DNA of 64,000 nt from Candidatus Obscuribacteraceae bacterium (GTDB lineage: Bacteria > Cyanobacteriota > Vampirovibrionia > Obscuribacterales > Obscuribacteraceae), in contig JBGASG010000002.1 of the NCBI GenBank assembly GCA_044229845.1, positions 512,001 through 576,000 of the forward strand. Direction: 5' to 3'. The notes beneath the pieces are model-generated. The model saw nothing but the letters and a program-made list of their open reading frames with translations, was not told the origin of the DNA and did no database searches. Shown in pieces: positions 50,036 through 59,838 of the stretch. Numbering within the stretch: the stretch's first letter is position 1; each line of letters opens with the position of its first letter. The position numbers were made by a program, and so were the translations under genes.

Positions 50036-51214
50036 CTATCGAGGTGTACTTGGAGTCTGCTCGGCTGTGCGCAATGATTCGATCACTGATGCGAGTACTT
50101 GCACGGCTTTCTGGCACTCCTCCATCGTATTGTAGCGCCCAACTGACATTCGTATGGAACCTGCCGCCTCGTCACGCGAGACGCCGGTCGCCATGACGAC
50201 ATGCGACGGCTCGATGATGCCCTTGTGACAGGCTGACGCGCTGGAGACCATAACGCCTTTGAGGTCCATCTGCATGACCAGAGCCTCGCCTTCCAGTTTC
50301 TTCACCACAAAACTGACATGCCCCGGCAGCCGCTGGTCTATTTCGCGCGGACCAGTGAAGCGCACGCCGGGGATATCTTTGATGGTGCGCAGCAACTGCG
50401 CCTGCAGTTGCACCAGGTGCACGCGCGTTTGCGGCAATTCTTTATGTGCGAGTTCCGCCGCTTTACCGATGGCGACAATAGATGGCACAGACTCGGTGCC
50501 CGGTACCAATCCGGACTCCTGTCCGCCGCCGAAAAACAGCGGTGACAGCTTGACGCCTTTACGCACATATAGGATGCCTATGCCTTTTGGTGCGTAAAAC
50601 TTGTGTCCCGACAGAGCCAGCGTATCCACAGGCGACTTGCGCACATCGATAGGCAGGCGTCCAGCTACCTGCACCGCGTCCGTGTGGAAGTGAACGCCGC
50701 GCTCGCGTGCCAGCTCCGCGTAACCTGTGATTTCCTGCAGCGACCCGATTTCGTTGTTCGCCCACATGATCGATGCGATGGCGGTCTCGTCGGACAAGGC
50801 CGCGCGGAACGCGCCTTTCTGGATCACACCTTCTTTGTCGACCGACAAGTACGTGACTCTCCAGCCGCGCCCCTCGAGAAACTTCGCCGGACCAAGGCAC
50901 GAGGGATGTTCGATGGCAGTTGTGATCAGGTGGCGCCGCTTATCGCCGGCCGCTTCCAGCGCGGCGGCAGCACCGAGGATGGAGGCGTTGTTGCTGTGGG
51001 TTCCGCACGGCGTGAACAGTATCTCTTCCGGCGTAGCGTTGAGGAGCGTCGCCACGTGAGCGCGCGCCTCATCCATTGCCTTGCGCGCCTGCCTGCCAAA
51101 GCGATGGATTGACGAGCCGTTGCCGCAGCTCTCGGCAAGAAACGGCAGCATCGCCTCGAGCACTTCGTCGCGCACGCGAGTGGTGGCACTGTTATCCAGA
51201 TAGATGGACATCAC
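50036..51214 (-). CDS. cysteine desulfurase (IscS/NifS type)
   Basis: YLDNSATT, NNEIG, HTDAVQ, SGHKFYAPKG, SSASAC. Confidence 0.93.
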   Translation of the reverse strand: MMSIYLDNSATTRVRDEVLEAMLPFLAESCGNGSSIHRFGRQARKAMDEARAHVATLLNATPEEILFTPCGTHSNNASILGAAAALEAAGDKRRHLITTAIEHPSCLGPAKFLEGRGWRVTYLSVDKEGVIQKGAFRAALSDETAIASIMWANNEIGSLQEITGYAELARERGVHFHTDAVQVAGRLPIDVRKSPVDTLALSGHKFYAPKGIGILYVRKGVKLSPLFFGGGQESGLVPGTESVPSIVAIGKAAELAHKELPQTRVHLVQLQAQLLRTIKDIPGVRFTGPREIDQRLPGHVSFVVKKLEGEALVMQMDLKGVMVSSASACHKGIIEPSHVVMATGVSRDEAAGSIRMSVGRYNTMEECQKAVQVLASVIESLRTAEQTPSTPR

Positions 51215-52014
51215 AGCGGAGCCTCCTCCGGCTCCGACGCTTCCACTTTCTTGGTGCGCTTTGACGCAGTTTTTGCAGCGGGCTTGGACCTGGTGGCAGG
51301 TTTCTCGCGTGCGGCTCTCTCGCGCTCTTGCTCTTCCGGCGACATCTCATCCACCGGAACCAGAAGATCCGGTCCGTCGTACGCCGGCGAATTGACGCGC
51401 GTCGAAACCGCATACATGGCGATCTCATCGTCTCTTCGCGGTTGCAGCAGGGACACTACTTCTTCGACTTTCATGTTCTTCGGATCGAGCCAATCACCCA
51501 TTTGCTCGCTGCGAAGAATAACCGGCATGCGATCGTGCACCGGTGCGATGGCGTGGTTGGCTGCGGTGGTGATGATGCTGCAACTGTGAATCACTTCGCC
51601 ATCGGGCGAGCGCCACTCATCCCACAGACCGGCAAAGCCGAAGACGGAACTGTCGCTCAGATGGATGAACATCGGCGTTTTGGTGGCGCCTTCTTTTTTC
51701 CACTCGTAAAAACCATCGGCGGGAATGATGCAGCGTTTGCGTGTAATGCAATTTTTCCAGTAGGGCTTATCGGCGATGGTTTCAGCGCGAGCATTGATCA
51801 TCGGTCGCGACTTGTTGACCTCTTTGGTCCAAAAAGGAATCAGCCCCCAGCGAAAACCATCGAGCACGCGCTCTCCTTCGCGTTCGAGCACCACCGGCAC
51901 TTTTTGCGTTGGAGAAACATTGCAGCGCGCCACAGCATCCGCTACAACTTTTTCGATGTCGAACGCCATCTCGATTTCTTCTTGACGGCGATTCAGCGTA
52001 TATCTTCCGCACAT
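51211..52014 (-). CDS. SOS response-associated peptidase (SRAP/YedK)
   Basis: MCGRY N-terminus, INARAET, GFYEW, HDRMPVIL. Confidence 0.95.
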   Translation of the reverse strand: MCGRYTLNRRQEEIEMAFDIEKVVADAVARCNVSPTQKVPVVLEREGERVLDGFRWGLIPFWTKEVNKSRPMINARAETIADKPYWKNCITRKRCIIPADGFYEWKKEGATKTPMFIHLSDSSVFGFAGLWDEWRSPDGEVIHSCSIITTAANHAIAPVHDRMPVILRSEQMGDWLDPKNMKVEEVVSLLQPRRDDEIAMYAVSTRVNSPAYDGPDLLVPVDEMSPEEQERERAAREKPATRSKPAAKTASKRTKKVEASEPEEAPL

Positions 52015-52047
52015 AAACGTTCACCCCTCGTGACACATTTTCAAAAC

Positions 52048-53271
52048 TCAACTTTTGACCATGGCACTCAACGCCTCCAACAATAGATCGATATCGGCTC
52101 TATTGTTGGAGTAGTGGCACGCGACTCGCAAGCCGTGCCCTGGAACGGCACTGAGAAAATCCGGCTGCACCCAGAGTTTGTGTTTCTCCCAGAGAGCCTC
52201 CCGCAGGTCCTCGACCAGAAGGAGTTCGCGCGGCCAGTAGCAGACCACCATGCTGGTTGCTTCATCGAGATTGTTCCTATACAGGTTGGGAGTGCGAAAC
52301 TCGGGTCGCAGCTTTTCGACTTCTTCACGGAAGTATTGCGCCAGCGCCAGTTGATATTCTTCGACAGCCGCAACACCGACCCGCGTAAACAGATCGCATG
52401 CGGCAGCCAGTCCCCACCATTTGACGACGTCGCTTGTACCCTGGGTTTCGAAGCGTGTTATGTCGTGAGCGTCGGCATCCTTTTTCGTGTAGTGTTCCGA
52501 GTCCAGCAGCAGCGGCTGAAAACGTGGCACCACATCTGGTGGCAAGAGAGCGAAGCCGGTTCCGCTCGGTGCACCGAGCCACTTATGGCCGGAACCCACC
52601 CAAAATCGGTAGTCGTGCGCCGTCAGATCACAGTCACGCTGCCCGGGCGTATGAGCACCGTCGATGACTAATTCGACGTTTCTTCCCTCGGAGTTGTGCT
52701 GCGCGACTCCCTCCTGCAACGCGCGCAGGTTGGGACGCCAGCCAGTGTAACAGCCGATCTCGCTGACCAGGACAACTCTGGTCCTATCCGAAATCGCAGC
52801 CAGCATTGTTTCACACATGTGCGCGCTGCCTTTGAACGGAGCTATATCGACGCGTCGAGTTGTGACGCCGCGAGTTTCTTCCAGGAGGCGGCTGATGGCA
52901 TTGACGGAACCATGTTCCTGGTTTGTAATCACCAGTTCGTCGCCGGGGCTGAGCAAATTACTGAGAATGAAGTGCATCGCCTGGTTGGTGTTGTTTTGCA
53001 ACAACAACCTCTTCTCATCCGCATGCAGCACGCGTGCCGCGGCATGGCGCGCCGATGCATAGTGATCGGTATCGATGAAGATAGTGCGTGTCGGATTGAT
53101 GTTGAGTTTTTCGGTGCCCTCGGCCACCGCCTGCAAGACAGATGTCGGTTTGCGCCCGGACGAACCGGTATTCAAATAAATCTCCTGGCGGCGAGGAAAC
53201 TCAGCTGCGACGACCGGCTCAAACTGTTTTTCGAGACGGTCCAGATTGGCTGCGAGAGTGGCGGTTTGCAT
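52048..53271 (-). CDS. class V PLP-dependent enzyme (isopenicillin N epimerase/EgtE-like)
   Basis: YLNTGSSG, EHGS, IDGAH, SGHKWLGAP; start taken at ATG 53271. Confidence 0.85.
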   Translation of the reverse strand: MQTATLAANLDRLEKQFEPVVAAEFPRRQEIYLNTGSSGRKPTSVLQAVAEGTEKLNINPTRTIFIDTDHYASARHAAARVLHADEKRLLLQNNTNQAMHFILSNLLSPGDELVITNQEHGSVNAISRLLEETRGVTTRRVDIAPFKGSAHMCETMLAAISDRTRVVLVSEIGCYTGWRPNLRALQEGVAQHNSEGRNVELVIDGAHTPGQRDCDLTAHDYRFWVGSGHKWLGAPSGTGFALLPPDVVPRFQPLLLDSEHYTKKDADAHDITRFETQGTSDVVKWWGLAAACDLFTRVGVAAVEEYQLALAQYFREEVEKLRPEFRTPNLYRNNLDEATSMVVCYWPRELLLVEDLREALWEKHKLWVQPDFLSAVPGHGLRVACHYSNNRADIDLLLEALSAMVKS

Positions 53272-53338
53272 GCACGGTATGTTATCACGCGGTAGCCACC
53301 GGGTTGCCACCAGTGAACGGTTTTGCGACAATCCTGCC

Positions 53339-54382
53339 GTGGCGCAATCAACTCTTCAATCACAACCAACTACTTCCTCATCCAACACCGCTGTCATCAA
53401 CTTTGCGGTGCTGGCGGGAGCATTGCTGGTTTCATTGCTGCTGGCTCTTTGCCTGGGCGAAGTGACCGTCAGCCCACAGAGCGCTCTGCAAGTCATCTTC
53501 AGTCCGGGCGCCGGCAGCGATACGGCTCTGCAGCAGGTCTTGTGGGACATACGACTGCCGCGAGTGCTGGGTGCGGTCGCCGTGGGTTGGGCGCTGGCTG
53601 TTTCCGGCTATCTACTGCAGACGCTTTCGCGCAACTTTCTTGCCGATCCTTATTTGACCGGAGTCAGCAGCGGTTCAGCTCTGGCGGTCGCAGGCGTGAT
53701 GCTGTTCGCGCTCGACTTCGCATATCTACCGGTAGCCGCGTTGCTGGGCGGCATGTGCGCCAGCGTCATCGCGGCCGCCATCGCCCGCACCGCGGGCGGC
53801 ATCTCGGTTACTCGCTTGTTACTTGCCGGCATCGCGATTTCGGCCATCTGCAGCAGCTTGATTACGCTCATGGTGACCACATCGGGCGAGACAGCCCGCG
53901 CCCAGGGCGTCTTCTACTGGCTGGCGGGCAGCCTATCCAGCGTCAACTGGGCGGAACTGCGCTCGGGGTCAGCGTACATTGCGGTGGCGCTGGTGGTGGC
54001 AATGGTGATGACGAAACCTCTGCGCCTGCTCTCGCTTGGCGGGCAGACTGCCGCTTCGTTAGGGCTGAGCGTGGCGCGCACACAGTGGACGATTCTGGCG
54101 ACAGCTGTGGTGCTGTGCGGAACGGCGGTCTCGCTGGCGGGTATCGTCGGCTTCGTCGGGTTGATCGCACCGCAGATTGCGCGCCGTCTTTTCGGGCGCG
54201 ACGAGCGCTGCCAGATTGTCGCCGCGGGCGCCAGCGGCGCGCTGCTCGTCGTGCTCAGCGACCTGTGCGCACGCGTGCTCGGACACGGACAGGAGCTGCC
54301 ACTGGGGACGTTGCTCAATTTGATCGGCGGTCCGTTCTTTTTATGGATGGTGCTGCGCCGGCAGAAAGAGGAGACGGCATGA
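53339..54382 (+). CDS. FecCD/BtuC family ABC permease
   Basis: IRLPR, RNFLADPYLTGVSSG, GIVGFVGLIAP, ELPLG; start estimated at GTG 53339. Confidence 0.92.
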   Translation: MAQSTLQSQPTTSSSNTAVINFAVLAGALLVSLLLALCLGEVTVSPQSALQVIFSPGAGSDTALQQVLWDIRLPRVLGAVAVGWALAVSGYLLQTLSRNFLADPYLTGVSSGSALAVAGVMLFALDFAYLPVAALLGGMCASVIAAAIARTAGGISVTRLLLAGIAISAICSSLITLMVTTSGETARAQGVFYWLAGSLSSVNWAELRSGSAYIAVALVVAMVMTKPLRLLSLGGQTAASLGLSVARTQWTILATAVVLCGTAVSLAGIVGFVGLIAPQIARRLFGRDERCQIVAAGASGALLVVLSDLCARVLGHGQELPLGTLLNLIGGPFFLWMVLRRQKEETA

Positions 54383-55200
54383 CGGGCATGACAGGCATTG
54401 GCGGCATCACCGCCACCGACCTGACCGTCGGCTGGCAGACGCGCACGATTGCGAAGGTGCCCAGCCTGACAGTTTCTCCCGGATCGATAATCGTGGTCGC
54501 CGGTCCCAACGGCGCCGGCAAGTCGACGCTGGTGAAGACGCTGGCAAGACAGATTGCACCCCTGTCGGGCAAGATTGCCATCGACGGGGTCGACGCCACC
54601 ACATTTAGTGCCACCGCGTTTGCCAGGCGGGTCGCCTATGTGCCGCAGATGATGAACATGCTGCAAGACCTGACCGTGGCAGAGCTGGTGCAGTTGGGGC
54701 GCAACCCTCACCAGAGCTGGTGGTCATGGAAGGCGTCGGATGCCGATGCGGAAGCCGTCGCCGGCGCGCTCGAACGCACCGGCACAACGCATTTGCGTTC
54801 GCATTTCCTGAGCAGCCTGTCCGGCGGCGAGCGGCAACGCGCTGCGATCGCCATGGCGCTGGCGCAGAGCGCATCGTTTATTTTGCTGGACGAACCGACG
54901 GCGCATCTCGATTTCAAACACCAACTCGAACTGAGCGACCTGATCAAGTCGCTGGCGGCGCAGGGCATCGGGCTTTTGCTGGTTCTGCACGACCTCAATC
55001 TGATGTCGCGCGTGGCGGATCAGATTCTGTTTCTCAAAAAAGGCGCAGCAGAATTCAGCAAGCCCACCGCATATGGCGGCACTGCCGATGTTTTGAAAAC
55101 CGAGATTCTCCGCGATGTCTACGACGTCGAGGTGCAGGTGTTCACCGACCCGATTTCAGGTCAGCAGAACTTCGTACCCACTAGGGTATCGACTGACTAG
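54379..55200 (+). CDS. iron-siderophore/cobalamin ABC transporter ATPase
   Basis: GPNGAGKST, LSGGERQR, LLDEPT, HDLN; ATGA overlap with the permease. Confidence 0.92.
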   Translation: MTGMTGIGGITATDLTVGWQTRTIAKVPSLTVSPGSIIVVAGPNGAGKSTLVKTLARQIAPLSGKIAIDGVDATTFSATAFARRVAYVPQMMNMLQDLTVAELVQLGRNPHQSWWSWKASDADAEAVAGALERTGTTHLRSHFLSSLSGGERQRAAIAMALAQSASFILLDEPTAHLDFKHQLELSDLIKSLAAQGIGLLLVLHDLNLMSRVADQILFLKKGAAEFSKPTAYGGTADVLKTEILRDVYDVEVQVFTDPISGQQNFVPTRVSTD

Positions 55201-55212
55201 ACGTGCCGGTAC

Positions 55213-55968
55213 TTATCTCCAGCGACGGCGCTGGTCGCCGATCGGGATTTCGGTGCCGATTCTGATTCTGCCGTGGTTTCCGATTGGAATGTCTACACCA
55301 ATTCCGATCTCGGCTCCGCCGTTTTGGTGCGGGTAGCGACGTCCGCCATGCGGGTAGTGACCGCCCTGTTGCGGGTAGCCGCCGTGCGGATAGTTGCGTG
55401 GATAGCCGCGAGGGACAGTGCCTTGCCAATCCGGATCCCAATCGCGTCCGGTGTGCGGATAGCGTATTGGTCCACCGCCGTGGTTGCCACAGCCGCAATC
55501 TGCGTGTCCGCGCTGATCTCCCCAGCGTCCGTTGGAGCGGTAAACGTGACCGCGTCCATCGCTGCCGATCTCGACAAAGATGTCGACCCCTCCATTCTGG
55601 CGGCGCGGCATCGAATACGGTCCGCGTGATTGCTCGAAGGTCGGCACATCCGGATGGCTCTGCCAGGCAAACGGCGGGTATTGGTTGCCGTATTGATCGG
55701 TGCCGATGCGTCCGCCGTTTCTGATGAAGTCGCGCTGGCTGACCGGAATCACCTGTCCGCCGTTTTCCACTTCCATCTCAACCGTTCGCGAACGCGGGTC
55801 GTCCCTGTTCACAAAGACGACATCGCCGGCCTTGGCATGCACGTGCCAGATTTCGTTTCTGGCAGCATCGGCATAATGATAGCCGTCGTTGTTCGGGATA
55901 GCTCCGGTCTTTAAATAGTCATCTACATCTGTCTGCTGTGCCGTAGCACGCCCTGGTTTATCGCCCAT
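55213..55968 (-). CDS. hypothetical protein with Gly/Pro/Tyr/His/Arg-rich C-terminal repeats
   Basis: 251-aa ORF with YPHGG/YPQQGG repeats and a CAGGA RBS-like sequence. Confidence 0.6.
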   Translation of the reverse strand: MGDKPGRATAQQTDVDDYLKTGAIPNNDGYHYADAARNEIWHVHAKAGDVVFVNRDDPRSRTVEMEVENGGQVIPVSQRDFIRNGGRIGTDQYGNQYPPFAWQSHPDVPTFEQSRGPYSMPRRQNGGVDIFVEIGSDGRGHVYRSNGRWGDQRGHADCGCGNHGGGPIRYPHTGRDWDPDWQGTVPRGYPRNYPHGGYPQQGGHYPHGGRRYPHQNGGAEIGIGVDIPIGNHGRIRIGTEIPIGDQRRRWR

Positions 55969-56196
55969 TTTTCCTGATAGCTCCGCATTTCGTACATTTC
56001 CGCAGTTTTTGAACTAATTAGAGCCAACGCCATTAATATTCTTTCTCTTGGCAAGGGGGTGGTCAATGGTGAAACTCCCACGCTCGCCCCGAAACCCTCA
56101 CCCTGCGCGGAAATTCGGCGATCGCCCCGGTTTGAGGCTTTTCACCAAAATTCCACAAAAAGTCTCCAGACAGGGGTTCACAGAGAAACCGTACAC

Positions 56197-56218
56197 CAAT
56201 CTCTTGGCAATCTCTTGG
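56197..56218. repeat. tandem 11-bp direct repeat
   Basis: CAATCTCTTGG twice; a third TCTCTTGGCAA at 56044-56054. Confidence 0.7.
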
Positions 56219-56270
56219 CATTCAATCAATTCAACCCAACCGGTAACCCAAAGACCGCCGTCGGATTAAT

Positions 56271-56330
56271 CCAAGGGTTGCGATAAGCCATCATTTCCGA
56301 CGCAAAAAGATGGGTTATCGCAACCCTTGG
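56271..56330. repeat. 22-bp inverted repeat with 16-nt spacer
   Basis: CCAAGGGTTGCGATAAGCCATC...GATGGGTTATCGCAACCCTTGG, one mismatch. Confidence 0.85.
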
Positions 56331-56405
56331 CAGCCCGGGAGGGGAAGCGGTGAAGGTTGCTCTTCAGATTCAACATATATGTCGCTGATGCCGCGCAAGC
56401 TCAAT

Positions 56406-56951
56406 CTAGATTTTGTAGCCTACGAGCGCCAGCAGGCGCGGCATGAAGACCATGCAGCCGACAACAGCGGCTACACCAGCCGAAAACATGACGGCAGCAG
56501 CGGCGACATCTTTCGCATCGCGCGCCAGCCGGTGATAGGCGCCATCGGTAGCGACATCGACGAGCCGCTCCAGAGCCGTATTGACAAGCTCAGCCACAAT
56601 CACCAGTCCGACCGCCATGGTCAGAAGGCAGGCACCCAGCATGTCGACACGCAGGACAACAGCCGCGATAACCACCAACAGGGCGACTACGGAATGAATG
56701 CGCAGATTGCGTTCGCTGCCGAATGCAATGCCGAAGCCCCGAAACGCATGATAGAAGGATTCGGCGACGCTGGCGGTCTGCCACTTGCGGCGTTGCCAGG
56801 CACGCGGAATGAACGGCACCAGCTTCGAATCGTGCTGTTGCTGCTGTTGCTGCTGTTGCTGCTGTTGCTGCGAGCGGGATTCGCTGCCGGTTTTACGAAA
56901 ACGTTTCTGTTGGGGGCGTGGAATGACTGCAGTCCTCAGATCTTGGGTCAC
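56406..56951 (-). CDS. dgkA: diacylglycerol/undecaprenol kinase family protein with an N-terminal polyQ tract
   Basis: SFYHAFRG, ERNLRIH, AELVNTALERLVD, AKDVAAAAV; next to ybeY. Confidence 0.88.
   Translation of the reverse strand: MTQDLRTAVIPRPQQKRFRKTGSESRSQQQQQQQQQQQQHDSKLVPFIPRAWQRRKWQTASVAESFYHAFRGFGIAFGSERNLRIHSVVALLVVIAAVVLRVDMLGACLLTMAVGLVIVAELVNTALERLVDVATDGAYHRLARDAKDVAAAAVMFSAGVAAVVGCMVFMPRLLALVGYKI
56833..56868. repeat. perfect 9-bp tandem repeat, four copies, within a 12-Gln tract
   Basis: (TGCTGTTGC)x4. Confidence 0.9.
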
Positions 56952-57107
56952 CGTCGGCGATTTTATAGCGCCTTATGGTTAGACGATATCACGGGAGGTT
57001 GTTCCTAGGGCTGAAATAAATATGCGTGTATCGTATTTCGAACGCAAATTTAACAGCCGTGACGAAGGTCATGTGCCGCACGGCATGGGCGATATCGAAT
57101 ATTCACC

Positions 57108-57605
57108 TCAGCGCTTGAAACCGGCCTTATCGAGAATTTCTTTCTGGCGTCCAAACATTTCTTTTTCTTCAGCAGCGCTCGCGTGGTCAAACCCGAGCAC
57201 ATGCAACAGCCCGTGCACGAAAAGAAAAGCCAGCTCGCGCTCAAAAGAATGTCCGTACGCAGCCGCCTGTTCTTCAGCCTTTTCCAGAGAAATGACTATT
57301 TCGCCGAACTCCCAGGGTAGTCCTACCGGTGGTGGCACTAAATCAAGCGGAAACGACAGAACATCAGTCGCATAGTCCTTTTCCATCCACTCCTTGTTGA
57401 TCTTGCGGATGTTTTCATTAGATGTGAGCACGACGGAAAGCTGCCCCCGCTCGCCAAGTTCAGCCAGATCCACGTCTTTGAGATGCGCTGGACGCCGCCG
57501 ACGCAAATTGCTGAGAACCCCAGCGGAGAGCCGCTCGAACGACTCCTCAACCCAGGTTTTGTCTATGCGAACCCGCCGCTGCCGGTTCGAAAGCGTAAGC
57601 ATCAT
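57108..57605 (-). CDS. ybeY: rRNA maturation endoribonuclease
   Basis: TDVLSF, GEIVIS, HGLLHVLGFDH; start taken at ATG 57605. Confidence 0.95.
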   Translation of the reverse strand: MMLTLSNRQRRVRIDKTWVEESFERLSAGVLSNLRRRRPAHLKDVDLAELGERGQLSVVLTSNENIRKINKEWMEKDYATDVLSFPLDLVPPPVGLPWEFGEIVISLEKAEEQAAAYGHSFERELAFLFVHGLLHVLGFDHASAAEEKEMFGRQKEILDKAGFKR

Positions 57606-57705
57606 GGGCGCCCTGTTTGAAATCGAGGCGCCGCCATGGTAACATATGAAATTCCGTTCGGTCCCCCGGTTTCCTGCCAGGGGAGCAATCAATACTGGTC
57701 CTTGA

Positions 57706-58233
57706 ATGACAGCAACTTTAGAACGCGTAATTGACCTGGCTGAACATGTGACAACACCGCGCGGACTATCCGTAGTGGACGCTCGAATGAGCCAGCAGGG
57801 CAAGCAACGCACCATAGAAGTGACCATCCACCGCGTCGGCGGACGTATCAGTCTTGACGACTGCGAGCACGTCAGCCGCGAGCTGGAAAAGTTGCTGGAC
57901 GAACAGGTTCCGCCGGTAATCGAAGGCACCTATTTGCTGGAAGTGCAAAGCCCGGGCATCGACCGCAAGCTGAGCAGCGACCGCGAATATCAACTGTTTG
58001 CCGGCGAGCAAGTGGAAGTTTTGCTGAAGAAACCGATCGCGGGTCTGGGCGCCCAATTCAAGGGCAAACTGGACCGGTTCGGCGATGGGCATTTGCTGAT
58101 CGCGGAACCGCAGGTGGTGGCAACCTCCAGCAAGCGCAAGAAAAAAGCGGCCGGCGGTGAAGAGATCGTGACACCAGATAAGGTGCAGATCGACGCCGCC
58201 AACATCACGCACGTGCGCCGTATCGCCCAATAG
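57706..58233 (+). CDS. rimP: ribosome maturation factor
   Basis: ISLDDCEHVSR, YLLEVQSPGIDRKL; upstream of nusA. Confidence 0.93.
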   Translation: MTATLERVIDLAEHVTTPRGLSVVDARMSQQGKQRTIEVTIHRVGGRISLDDCEHVSRELEKLLDEQVPPVIEGTYLLEVQSPGIDRKLSSDREYQLFAGEQVEVLLKKPIAGLGAQFKGKLDRFGDGHLLIAEPQVVATSSKRKKKAAGGEEIVTPDKVQIDAANITHVRRIAQ

Positions 58234-58270
58234 GCGTGGCACACAGACCTACGGACCACAGGAATCCCGG

Positions 58271-58314
58271 AACAACTGAATAACACAACAATTGAATAAC
58301 TAACAATTGAATAC
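58271..58314 (+). repeat. three direct repeats AACAA(C/T)TGAATA in the nusA leader
   Basis: Copies start at 58271, 58287 and 58302. Confidence 0.8.
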
Positions 58315-58326
58315 GAGGTACGAATT

Positions 58327-59445
58327 GTGATTAAAATCGGCGACAAACTACTGGAAGCAGCTGAAGAGCTGGAACGCGAGCGCAATATTCCGCAAGAGGA
58401 GTTCATCTCTTACGTATGCGACGCGATCGTAGCCGCCTATAAGAAGAAAGTCCCCGATCACGATGTGGAAGGCGTACGCGCCATCTTCGACTCGGAAACC
58501 GGCGAAATCGGCATCTTCGCTCCCAAGGAAGTCGTCCAAAAAGTATCCAACGAATATCACGAAATCTCGCTGGAAGACGCTCGCGACCTGATTCCCGACG
58601 TCACCATCGGTGAAGTGCTGGAAATCGAAGTGACTCCGCAAGACTTCTCCGAATTCGGCCGCATTGCCGCGCAAACTGCCAAGCAGCTCATCACCCAGCG
58701 CTTGCGCGAAGCGGAAAAAGAGTTGATCAAAAAAGAATTCGACACACGCAAAGGCTCCTGCACCACGGGACAAATTGAGCGTATCGAAGTAATCAGCAAC
58801 AACCGCAATAACGTGATCATCAACCTGGGCCGCGTGGAAGGCTGCATGCCGTCCAAAGAACAGCTGCCCGGCGAAACTTACCGCGTCGGCAATCGCGTAC
58901 GCGTCTACGTGCTGGAATTGCGCGAATCCGGACGCGTGCCGCAAATTATCGTGTCGCAAGCTCACCCCGAGCTGGTGCGCGAATTGTTCGAGTTGTACGT
59001 TCCGGAAATCGAAGACGGCACCGTGGAAATCAAATCGATCGCCCGCGAAGCCGGCTATAGAACCAAAATTGCCGTGCACTCGGAAGACAGCGATGTCGAC
59101 CCGGTAGGCGCCTGCATCGGCACCCGCGGCGTGCGTATTCAAAACGTAGTCGCTGAACTGCGCAACGAAAAGATCGACGTCATCCGCTTCTCAACAGATC
59201 CGGTCGACTACATCTCGAACGCGCTCAGCCCAGCCCGCATCACCACCGTCGCCCTTTACGACGACGAACAAGGCGGCAAGCGCGCGGAAGTCATCGTTCC
59301 CGATGACCAGCTCAGCCTGGCTATCGGTCGCGGCGGACAGAACGTGCGCCTCGCGGCCAAGCTCACCGGCTGGAAGATTGACATCAAGTCAGAAAGTCAG
59401 GCCGGCGGCAATTACAAACCGTTGCCGGAAAACGCTGCCCGCTAG
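58327..59445 (+). CDS. nusA: transcription termination/antitermination factor
   Basis: [48 protein letters not shown]. Confidence 0.97.
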   Translation: MIKIGDKLLEAAEELERERNIPQEEFISYVCDAIVAAYKKKVPDHDVEGVRAIFDSETGEIGIFAPKEVVQKVSNEYHEISLEDARDLIPDVTIGEVLEIEVTPQDFSEFGRIAAQTAKQLITQRLREAEKELIKKEFDTRKGSCTTGQIERIEVISNNRNNVIINLGRVEGCMPSKEQLPGETYRVGNRVRVYVLELRESGRVPQIIVSQAHPELVRELFELYVPEIEDGTVEIKSIAREAGYRTKIAVHSEDSDVDPVGACIGTRGVRIQNVVAELRNEKIDVIRFSTDPVDYISNALSPARITTVALYDDEQGGKRAEVIVPDDQLSLAIGRGGQNVRLAAKLTGWKIDIKSESQAGGNYKPLPENAAR

Positions 59446-59492
59446 GTAACGAACTGGCAGCAATTGTTCACTAACTGGTAAATCACTAGCAC

Positions 59493-59825
59493 ATGCCGGA
59501 TCGGCTATGTTTGGTCTGCAGACAGAAAAGGCCGCAGCACTTGTTGCTGCGGCTTACAGTCGAACGATCAACGGGTCAAGTGTTTCTTAACTCGGGCTCA
59601 CCGGCGGACCGCAAGAAGACAGGCAGATCGGCCTATCTTTGCGTCAGTGAAACCTGCGTGGAAGCGGCTCTCAAAGGCAATCGCCTGAAAGGCGCCCTGG
59701 AAGGGCGACACAGTAAGGAGCGCCCGAGAAAGCGCCACATCACTTGGCCTCTTGAGTCACAACTTATCCATACTCTGAGACGTGTGTGCACAGAACAGGC
59801 TATTGCATGCCACAATACTGATTGA
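59493..59825 (+). CDS. ylxR: YlxR/DUF448 family protein
   Basis: RLCLVCR, GRSAYLC; between nusA and infB. Confidence 0.85.
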   Translation: MPDRLCLVCRQKRPQHLLLRLTVERSTGQVFLNSGSPADRKKTGRSAYLCVSETCVEAALKGNRLKGALEGRHSKERPRKRHITWPLESQLIHTLRRVCTEQAIACHNTD

Positions 59826-59838
59826 AAGGAGGGCATGC

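Noticed and set aside
53323..54378. Long N-terminal extension of the ABC ATPase ORF
   Set aside because: Alternative frame over the permease; the real start is ATG 54379 with a GAGGAG RBS.
53339..55200. Missing substrate-binding protein as a novelty
   Set aside because: Binding proteins are commonly encoded elsewhere in the genome.
56785..56982. Poly-Cys ORF, and the overlapping poly-Leu ORF
   Set aside because: Antisense readings of the polyQ repeat.
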